A stretch of DNA of 8,331 nt from Geosiphon pyriformis uo1 (GCA_016748015.1 JAAOMT010000565.1:1-8331); one strand, 5' to 3'; shown: positions 1 through 8,085, counted from the first letter of the stretch. The notes: generated from the sequence alone by a model not told the origin. Program-made: numbers and translations.

Positions 1-1
1 A

Positions 2-970
2 CTTTAATGAATTCAACAATTGGAAACCAATGAATACTATTCTAATGTCCAGATTTTAGATCAGTTTATTGCAGGATTAAAAAATAAACTCATTAAAAAA
101 GTTTGTCCACATGCTCTAAAAGACTTAACTACAATCATTTAATATGTAAAAAATTACAAAATGACAATAGAAAAAGCAAATTGCACCAAATTTGTCAACC
201 TTGCAATCAGAAAAACCAGCTTAACAGCTGAAAAAAAAATTGATCAACTTACAAAAAAAGTAAAAAATTACTTTACAAATCAACAACAACAGCAACAACA
301 AAAATACCAGTTATCTCAACAGTGACTTTAAAACAACTATATATCATTATTAAACAATCAACTCTAAAGTTGTCATTATTGTAGAATTCCAGGACACTGG
401 AAACAATATTGCAGGAAAATGCAAAGAGACCAACAATTTAGGAATAATCAACGTTATTTTTAACTTTAACAATCTTATTACCAACCTTTATTACCAGCTT
501 ATTACTTTTTAAAACCTCAATAACAAAATAATTACTATCAATTTACACTACAACAACAATATTAACAATCTTCACAGATTTAACAATACCAGGCACCATC
601 CACTTAATAATATTAAGTATTAGCCAAAAAACTGGTCCAACAAAACCAATTCACACCACAAAACCGTTTTTCAACAAACAACAACAGATTTAACCCCAAC
701 AATTAACTAGTTCCCCGAAATTCTGTTCAGCAAAAACCTAATCAATTTTACATTCAACTCAATTATTTAATAATGCCAAAAAAATCGGATTTTTAACAAA
801 CTGCACTTTTTAAATATGAAGTTACAGCACTAAAACAAAATCTTTTTAGCAATACAATTCTATCAGCCAAAATTGCCCAAAATGCCAATCTCTCAGATAT
901 ATTTTCATTTGAATTTGAAGCAAACAAATCACTATTTTTACTTAGCAATGCAGCAGTTAATGAGCAAAAA
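2..970 (+). pseudogene. gag: Gag C-terminal part: capsid-like helices, CCHC zinc knuckle, Q/N/Y-rich linker (stop-interrupted)
   Basis: Frame +2 reads IQQLETNEYYSNVQILDQFIAGLKNKLIKKV...; FIAGL matches the common Gag 'F..GL' motif. There is an intact CX2CX4HX4C knuckle, CHYCRIPGHWKQYC, at 371-412. The frame continues into the protease without a shift. Confidence 0.9.
281..301 (+). repeat. (CAA/CAG)7 poly-glutamine microsatellite within gag
   Basis: caa caa caa cag caa caa caa in frame +2. Confidence 0.9.
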
Positions 971-1345
971 GCAATCACAGCTATATACACAGAAACCAAA
1001 ATAGAAAAAAAACCAATTTGTTTAATCTTAAACAGTAAATTTGCTAAAAGCATTATTACTTATCAATTGATATAACAACTCAAACAAAATATTGACCAAC
1101 CAGCTCAAATGGTTATTGTTACAGCTAATAGTATAAAAAAAACACTAATAAGAGAAATTGACAATTTTTTTTTTATAATTGATGAAATTATTATTTCAGT
1201 TAAGATTTTTGTCATAAATACATTCTAATATCAAGTTCTTGTTAAAAATAACTGGCTTCTTAAAGCCAATGCAAATTTAGATTAAGAGACTCAAGAATTA
1301 AAGATCTTATACTAAAGACAATACACCAGAGTACCTGCTACTTGT
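971..1345 (+). pseudogene. Retropepsin-type aspartic protease domain (inactivated)
   Basis: Frame +2 reads PICLIL-NSK-FAKSII. The codons aac agt aaa (1031-1039) revert to D-S-G by G->A changes only. Downstream VLVKNNWL (1235-1258) corresponds to the 'LxGxDWL' flap-distal motif. Confidence 0.85.
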
Positions 1346-2281
1346 AGTACTTTTAACAAACAATCAGAAAAAGTCTCAGTGTTTGAATTTAAAGAGAAGA
1401 AAAAATTGCCAATTACTGAAACATATATGGCTTTTGGATCAACATCTAATTGGACAAAAAAAGCAGAACAAAAAATCTTTGAAGAATTCAAAAAATAGAA
1501 TATTGTTTATTATTTTACACCCAAATTACAAAAAAAACCACTTTATATTCTACTAAAATACAAAAATTATAACAAAAAGCTTTTATGGATCAAAGCTTAC
1601 ATATTACCAGAGGAGAAATATAAAGAATAAACATGCTATATTTGTAAAGCATACTGTAAAAAATGATTTAAATATCCAAAAAGAAGTGAAAAATAAAACA
1701 ATACTATTTGTTTCACATATAGAAAAATGCTACTAGAAGAATACAACTGAATTGATATTGTAATAAAAGATTGAGTCTGTAATCAAACTTGTTAATATGT
1801 TTTACCAATTGTTAAAAAAGTAAAAAGAAGAACTTTATTTAATATAGCATACAACAGCACCCTTAATAAACTCTACTATTATTCATATAATACCAAGATG
1901 ATTTATAAACTAGCCATAGTTTTGATTAATGAAAGAACCAAAAAAGATGTTTGCCAAATAAAAAAAGCAGAATACTTCAAATACACTATAGAATTAACTG
2001 GATTTGATTATGAAGATAAAGTCAAAACATACTACCAAATAGCAAATCACACTTATCTGACCCAAAAAGCTCAAATTCAATAATTAGAACAAATGAACAT
2101 TAAACTATGTAAGGAGTGCATCATGTTTTGTGATGACTAATAGTGTTCAGAATATTATACTCTTAGTATTTTCTTGTCCAACAAAAACAATCAAAAGAAA
2201 ATCAAATTTGGAAAACCAGAAGAAAAAATTACAACAATCTCAATCTACTTTACTAAAAATCAGTCTGCTATATAATTTAAA
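1346..2281 (+). pseudogene. Unassigned Cys-rich polyprotein segment between protease and dUTPase (includes ORF-track 1898..2083)
   Basis: Stays in frame +2 with no frameshift. Contains CYIC (1634-1645), CNQTC (1778-1792) and CKEC-IMF-C-DD**-C (2108-2146). It also has Tyr codons at CxxC spacing that revert to Cys by one G->A: YKNY 1559-1570, CFTY 1709-1720, CSEY 2144-2155. Confidence 0.7.
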
Positions 2282-2700
2282 TACTTTGACAACAATAAAC
2301 AAAGAATAAAACCAGAAAAAGCTCATAAAATTGATGCAGAATATGACTTATAATATTTTGGCAAAAATACTTTAGTTTTTTAACCAAAGTTCTTTACTAA
2401 AATTAATCTTAAAATTGTCTCAAAATTTTACTAGAAGCAATAGTTCAAATTGCTTCCTGATTATTATTGGCAAGCAAAAAAATCAATGTTTAAGGAAGAA
2501 TTATAAATACAGAATATATTGGAGATATTATTATTATGTTATAAAATAAAATTAATAAATCATTCAAAATTGAGCATGCTAAAAAGATTGCACAAGCTAT
2601 TTATCTATTTTTAATCAAAATTTTGGGTCTGAAATCAGTCAACTAAAGAAAACAATTAGGCAAGAGTAATAACAAAACTCAAAGTTTTGATTCAACTGGA
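2282..2700 (+). pseudogene. dut: Trimeric-type dUTPase domain within the polyprotein (degenerate, 1-nt frameshift near 2419)
   Basis: Five motifs occur in the correct order. I: DAEYDL 2333-2350 (AGYDL). II: AS*LLL 2452-2469 (tcc tga tta tta, from SRSS). III: GRIINTEYIGDI 2494-2529 (GxIDxxYxG(E/D)I). IV: KIAQAI 2584-2601. V: SFDSTG 2683-2700 (GFGSTG). Confidence 0.92.
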
Positions 2701-3150
2701 CATTTTATAGTTCTAGTAAACATAACTCTTAAAACACAAATTGAATTTTATCAGATTTTTAGACTTCCACAACCAATCATTATATCACCCTTTGAAGAAT
2801 ATTACGAAATTTACATTTGCCCAAAATCAACTATTACCTACCAAATTTTTAAATCCAATGAAAAAATCTGTCTGAAACATAAAATTTTAATTCCAAATGT
2901 TTATATTCCAAAAGAAATAAAGAAATTTTGAATTATATTTTATAATCCCAACAACTACTCTATTATCTTATTAAATGGATTAAAAATTGGAGTAATACAT
3001 AGCAATATCTTTTAAGATAAAACTGTTTAAATTGTTTCTAAATTTATTGAAATTGTGAAACATACTTTTCTTTCAAACTCAAATATTCTGCCTATTACTG
3101 AAAACTACTATTTTATTGAAGAAAAACTTCCTTGAATCAACATAAATCTC

Positions 3151-4141
3151 TTAGAATCCCAACAACAAAGACAATTAAAGCAACTCATTGCTGAATTTGC
3201 TGATATATTTGCAAAAAACAACAATGACCTAGGAAAAACTAATATTGTTCAGCACCAAATCTATACAAGAAATACTTTACCAAAACACCAACAAGTCTAT
3301 TAAGTCCATCTGCCAGCTATTAATTTATTAAAAAAAAGATACAAAAATGCTTAATAATAATCTTATTCAATTATTAAAAAGCCTTTGGGTTTCATTAATA
3401 GTTCTTGTTAAAAAAAACGGAAAAATCAAATTTTGTGTAAACTATTGTTAACTCAACAGTGTAACAATTGGAAATGCTTATCTACTTCTAAGAATCAATA
3501 ACATGCTAGATGCTTTTAGAAAACCAAAGTTTTTTTCAACTTTGGACTTAGAAAGTGAATACTGACAAGTTGAAATAGATCCCAAAAATTGATTCAAAAC
3601 AGCATTTACCACCCAAAAAGGAAATTACAAATTCAATGTCATGTTTTTTAGACTTTGCAATACACTAACAACATTTTAGTAACTTATAGATATTGTATAT
3701 AAAGAACTCTTATGGCAATTAATAGTTGTTTACTATAATAAAACTAATATATATTTCTTAATATTTAAAGCTTATTTGATTCACCTGTAAAAAGTATTTC
3801 AATGATTATAAAAAGCAGAACTGAAATTGAACATTAAAAAATGTTACTTTGGAAAAACAAGCTTAATTTTTCTTGGATATATTGTCAGCAAAGATAAAGT
3901 TTAATCTAATCCAAAAACAATTAGCACTGTCAAAAACTTCAAAACTCTCAAAAATACTATAGAATTAAGAAAATTTATTGAATTAGCCTCTTACTATTAA
4001 AAATTTATCAAAAAATTTTCTGAAATTGCAAAACCACTCAATTATCTTATCAACAAAAATGTCTTATATTAATAGACTAATGAATAACAGAAAGCTTTTG
4101 AAACTCTCAATGTAAAATTAACAACAGTACTAGTTTTTGCC
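3151..4141 (+). pseudogene. pol: Reverse transcriptase domain plus connection region (degenerate)
   Basis: Reads QLKQLIAEFADIFA...DLGKTNIVQHQI, then frameshifts near 3307 and 3345. Continues SLWVSLIVLVKKNGKIKFCVNY (SPWASPxxLVxKxxGxxRxCVDY), FSTLDLESEY*Q (Asp at 3545), KTAFTT, VMFFRLCN (MPFGLxN, Met at 3641), catalytic site VYYNK (3728-3742), KCYFG...FLGYIVS, and LRKFIELASYY*KFI. Confidence 0.96.
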
Positions 4142-4162
4142 TATTCAGACTTCAACAAATAA

Positions 4163-4530
4163 TTCCAATTAGCCACTGATGCTTTATACATAGCATTTAA
4201 TGCTATTCTATTATAATTGAATCACAATGTCAATAAATAAGTTATTGTTTATGTTAGCAGAACACTAAAACCTCCAGAAACAAAATATGGCTCAACAAAA
4301 CTAGAAGCAGCAGCTGTTATTTGGGCTTTTAAACATTTTCAACAATATTTTCAAAATAGCAAGAAATTTGATATTATCACAAATAATATTAGTCTCAAAT
4401 GGCTTAACAAAAAAAAACTGGACTTAATGCCAAACAATCTTAATAGATTGATTTCTTAGCAAATTACAAATTTATTGTCCATTACAAATCTGACAAATTA
4501 TACACCAATGTTAATAGCCTTTTAAAAATG
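4163..4530 (+). pseudogene. Ty3/Gypsy RNase H domain (degenerate)
   Basis: FQLATDAL (TDAS, Asp at 4178), VIVYVSRTLKPPETKYGSTKLEAAAVIWAFKHFQQY, IITNNISLKWL (TDH..L.WL). After a frameshift in the A-run near 4410-4420 it reads LANYKFIVHYKSDKLYTNVNSLLK (Y.F.I.YrpGk.h.nAD.LSR). Confidence 0.93.
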
Positions 4531-4802
4531 AGGCAAAATTAATAACAAAACTCACAGAAACAAAACACCAACAACTTATTAGCTTAATAAACAAAAAAAT
4601 TAACAACAATAAATCTAAAAACTTACAACAATATCAAAAACTATTTAAAGACACTTACTATGTCTAAAAACTTGTCTTTAAATAAAAAACACCAATTAAA
4701 ACAACAATTCAAATAATATTTTATTTATCACAATAAAATTTATTATCAAAATCACCAAAATCTAATTAACTTATTCCAATTAGTACAAGAAAATAAAAAA
4801 AA

Positions 4803-5986
4803 ACAATTCTATATAACATATACACAGATTTATTATCAGCATATTTAAGAAGAAACAGTACAATTCAAAGAATACTTGAATATTATTTTTGGCCTCACAT
4901 GTAAAAAAACATTTGACAGTATATATAATCATGTAATAGTTGTTAAAGAAGAGAAAAAATTCACTTCACTGAATCTCTAAATCCAATCAAAGTTGAATAA
5001 CCTTTTAACAAAGTTGGTATTGATTTAATTGGATCACTATCTATTACCACTTAAGGAAACCAATATATAATAGTTGTAGTAGATTACTTTATCAAATGGC
5101 TTGAAGCCAGAACTATCTAAAGAACATATACAAAATCAGTAGCAAATTTTATATATGAATACATAATTTGTAGATATAAATGCTTAATTAAACTTTTATT
5201 TAATTAAAGAATACATTTTGTGAACAATTTGATACAAGAAATTTGTGAATAATTTAACATTAAAAAACTTTTTTTATTACTCTATCATTCTCAAACAAAT
5301 AGATTTGTAAAATGTTTTAACTAAATATTATGTAAATTACTAGCCAAAGTCTCAACCAATTTTAAGCAAGAATAGCATATCTTTATTTTATTAATGTTAC
5401 TAACTTGTAGAACATTAAAACAAAATACTACAAACACACACTATTTGATCTTACTTATAGGAAAACAGCAATATTATCAATTAATTTTACAGTGGAAACA
5501 TATTTAGTACAACCCATTACAAAAGAAAACTTCCAAGAAACTCTTTAAAAAAAAGCTTATACTCTTCTCAGTACATTGAAAAAAAAATAACAAATTACAG
5601 CAACTTATATTAAATACTTTTAAGCTTAACAGAAAAAATGAGATAACAACAAATTGCCACCAGTTACCAACGAATTTAAAGTTAGAAACAAAGTTTTTTT
5701 ACACAGAACTAAGACTAAAAAACAATAAAGTAAAAAATTTGAACATAAATAGAATGGACTATTTTAAATTCATGAAATCTTAAGCAATAAATTATACAAA
5801 TTAAGACTTGATAATAAAATCTTAGCTAAAATTGCACATGGAAATTGACTAAAGCACTATTATTCCAGAAATAATTTTGAACTATCAATTCCACAAATTG
5901 GTATATATTTCTCTTTAATTAATCCTAAAGATATTCTTCGAAATTTAGAATCAATAGTTATAATAGAACAAAAACCAAACATTTAA
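4803..5986 (+). pseudogene. Integrase: HHCC zinc finger, DD(35)E core, GPF/Y C-terminal module; no chromodomain evident
   Basis: Frame +3: His positions appear as tac 4821 and tat 4842 (C->T), then YFWPHM and CNSC 4932-4943. Core reads VGIDLIG (D at 5022), VVVDYFIKWLEA, ttt aat taa aga 5199-5210 (SDQG) and YHSQTNRFVK (E position 5310, 35 residues after the second Asp position). The C-terminus has FKVRNKV and K*NGLF 5747-5764 (KWxGPF). Probable stop TAA at 5984-5986. Confidence 0.94.
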
Positions 5987-6140
5987 TTTTATTAATAATC
6001 TCTCTAAAAATACAAAAAAATCAATTAAAAATAGTAAAATAACCATTAAAAAATAACCAAACCCAAAAATATATAAAATCCATATACCAAAAATTATTTT
6101 TTTTTATTTTTTTTATTTCCAAAAATTTATTTTTATTATA

Positions 6141-6794
6141 ATGCTTATTCTTTGAAACATTTAACAAATATTTCACAAATTAATATTAGCTTTAAAAACA
6201 CTTTTTGACTTATCCATAACAATCAATAGAAATCAAATTAATTACATTCAGAAAAAAACTACAGCTTCAATAGTAAATAATTTGCAAAATTATCATCTTT
6301 ATAGAAAAAATACAAAAATTTATTCTGGAATTCAATTATTAAAACTCTTGAAACAAGCCTTAAAAGAAAACTTTTTATTTGCCCCTATTGATATTGTACC
6401 AAATGCCACAATTCAACAAAAGTTTTAACTGTTTCTTAATGAACAAAGTTATAAATATATCTTTATATTTAGATATTTTTATATTAAAAGAACACTTTAT
6501 GAACAAAAACTGGAACTTACAACAACAAATCTTACTTTAAAAGCTATACAAAAACAAATTCACAACAAATTTAAGACAGCAGCTAGATTAACAAACACTC
6601 ATTAAAAACTTAGAGCAGTTTATAAACTCTATAATCTATTTAATATTTGTGAAAATGTCCTATAAAATCTAATATTTCAACCAATAAAGATTCAATACAT
6701 TGGCAAATTTACAAAACTGAAATTTCAACAATTTTTAGACCAAAATACTTCAATAATTTTGGATCACTATTTTGAAATTACAGATAGTGCTTAG
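6141..6794 (+). pseudogene. Additional ORF of unknown function between integrase and 3' LTR (~218 codons, degenerate)
   Basis: Frame +3 from ATG 6141 has stops only at 6153, 6162, 6426, 6603, 6663 and 6792. All are revertible to CGA/CAA/CAG/TGG by transitions. An 87-codon stop-free run (6165-6425) is unlikely by chance in DNA this AT-rich. Confidence 0.72.
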
Positions 6795-6815
6795 ATTTCA
6801 ATAGAACTTAGTCTT

Positions 6816-6825
6816 AAGGAGGAGA
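6816..6825 (+). other. Polypurine tract (plus-strand primer)
   Basis: AAGGAGGAGA lies 3 nt upstream of the TG that opens the LTR. Confidence 0.85.
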
Positions 6826-7033
6826 TTATGTTACTAGTAGAATTTAGTCATTAATTAGCATGAAATTATCTTTATAATTCGTATCATTAATTAGCATATA
6901 TTAATATCATTTCAAATTATAACTTATTATTTAATCAAATTATTAAATATCACTATTTAATTAATAATCTAATTTTTATAATAAAATTAGGATGATCAAA
7001 TTATACAATACTCTATACTATATAACATTCAAA

Positions 7034-7154
7034 AATTCACTGAAATTTGTAGAAATTTATCGAAATTATGAATAATTTACTAAAATTACAAATAGTTCAC
7101 TAAAATAACTTGTAGTTTGCCAAAATATATCTTTAGTTCATTGAAATCATAGCA
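7034..7154 (+). repeat. Six degenerate 20-bp tandem units in LTR (core ARTTYRYYRAAAT)
   Basis: Units start at 7034, 7054, 7074, 7094, 7114 and 7135. Cores: aattcactgaaat, aatttatcgaaat, aatttactaaaat, agttcactaaaat, agtttgccaaaat, agttcattgaaat. Confidence 0.85.
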
Positions 7155-7197
7155 AAAAAAAAAGTTCAAGTTTATAGATTAGTATTATAACAATTTG

Positions 7198-7204
7198 TAT
7201 AAAA
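7198..7204 (+). promoter_or_regulatory. Candidate LTR TATA box
   Basis: TATAAAA lies about 45 bp downstream of the tandem array, a plausible U3 position. This is weak evidence given the AT content. Confidence 0.35.
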
Positions 7205-7521
7205 AAAGAGCTTTTTTTTCAAAAAAATGTATCTTTTATTAGAATTATCTTATTATAGATATTTTTTTTACTTCTTTAAAAAAAAAATTAAATACTTAAA
7301 AACCAAATTTCTTAATTAAAAATTGCACTTAAAATTTCTTAAAAACTCTACTAATGTTTTGAAATTGATTAGCCACAAATTTTAGTAAACTGTTAGTAAT
7401 TCCAGGTCTGAACCAAAAAATGATTCTCTTTACAAAATTCTAATTCTTTTATATTTCTTTTATTTTCTTTTATTTTTTTTATTATAATTATTAAGGTAGT
7501 TTACAGACAAGATTCTTATAG

Positions 7522-7623
7522 AAAAGTTGACTTTTATTACAAAATAACTACACAATTTTAGTGAGCTTTTAGATGAGCAATTTTTGAGAAAAAGTTGATA
7601 TTTACTACAATATAACTACATAA
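7522..7623 (+). repeat. 34-bp direct repeat pair in LTR, offset 68 bp
   Basis: aaaagttgacttttattacaaaataactacacaa (7522-7555) versus aaaagttgatatttactacaatataactacataa (7590-7623), 29/34 identical. Confidence 0.85.
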
Positions 7624-7798
7624 AGTAATTGGCACAAAATTGGTTATTTCACTTATAAGTTTAGCAGTTCAAATTATAGAAGATAATTTAAAAAGTAAAT
7701 TCAGTTATCGGAGATTCAACTACTTTTAGAAAATGTGAATTCACAGCAATTAAGCATTAACAACATTCAAGAAAAGAGACCAAAAATCTTTAGTAACA

Positions 7799-8085
7799 GT
7801 GTATTTTTTTTAAAATTTTATTGTAAATTAAATTTTATTGAAAGATATTAGAAAGCTGCTAAAAAATATATATGTAACAAATACAATTATTTATGAAAAA
7901 GATTACAAAGAACAGTGCTTAAAAATCTTAAATCAGTATTTTTAATAATTATTAGACAATTTTTAAGAAAATATTGATGTTATATAAATTTTTATAAAAA
8001 AAATCTTGGTAAAAAATTAGTAAAATATGCTATAAAAAATTAGAAATCTTATAAAAAAATTCCAAATAATATTCAAACTTTGTAA
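7799..8085 (+). pseudogene. C-terminal remnant of an IS630/Tc1/mariner-superfamily DDE transposase, interrupted by the retrotransposon
   Basis: Frame +1 reads FFLKFYCKLNFIERY*KAAKKYICNKYNYL*KRLQRTVLKNLKSVFLIIIRQFLRKY*CYINFYKKNLGKKLVKYAIKN*KSYKKIP. This reverts largely by transitions to the PKFHCELNxIExYWxxAK...KSHRRIP pattern of fungal DDE transposases. The catalytic Glu (gaa) is at 7840. Confidence 0.85.

Larger units (their letters stand above)
1..7798 (+). mobile_element. Degenerate Ty3/Gypsy LTR retrotransposon (5' part outside window) carrying dUTPase and an extra 3' ORF
   Basis: Manual translation gives Gag zinc knuckle, protease, RT, RNase H and integrase in the PR-RT-RH-IN order diagnostic of Ty3/Gypsy. 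These are followed by a polypurine tract and a TG...CA bounded LTR. There are many in-frame stops and several frameshifts. Confidence 0.97.
6829..7798 (+). repeat. 3' long terminal repeat, 970 bp
   Basis: Starts TGTTACTA directly after the PPT and ends TAGTAACA (7791-7798), a perfect 8-bp terminal inverted repeat with TG...CA ends. An unrelated transposase remnant starts immediately after it. The 5' LTR is not in the window for confirmation. Confidence 0.88.

Noticed and set aside
793-1053. 86-aa minus-strand ORF from the ORF track
   Set aside because: It lies antisense to the gag-protease frame and has no recognisable motif. Its hydrophobic look is expected from the T-rich complement of an A-rich coding strand, so it is treated as a shadow ORF.
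1898-2083. 61-aa plus-strand ORF as a stand-alone gene
   Set aside because: It is a stop-free fragment of the frame +2 polyprotein, and its TAA is probably a mutated CAA/CGA.
5860-5986. Chromodomain at the integrase C-terminus
   Set aside because: No aromatic-cage or 'YLVKWxG' pattern is visible, and only about 40 codons follow the GPF module.
6005-6135. A-rich/T-rich hairpin or terminator in the post-integrase spacer
   Set aside because: The complementarity is only between homopolymer runs, which is expected by chance at this AT content.
1-6794. Alternative genetic code (stop-codon reassignment) explaining the in-frame stops
   Set aside because: All three stop types occur, together with frameshifts and destroyed catalytic residues, which indicates mutational decay rather than recoding.
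6141-6794. Envelope gene
   Set aside because: It is short and has no evident signal peptide, transmembrane anchor or furin-type cleavage site.
7034-7154. CRISPR-like repeat-spacer array
   Set aside because: The 13-bp cores with 7-8 bp spacers are far too short, there are no cas genes, and the array sits inside a eukaryotic LTR.
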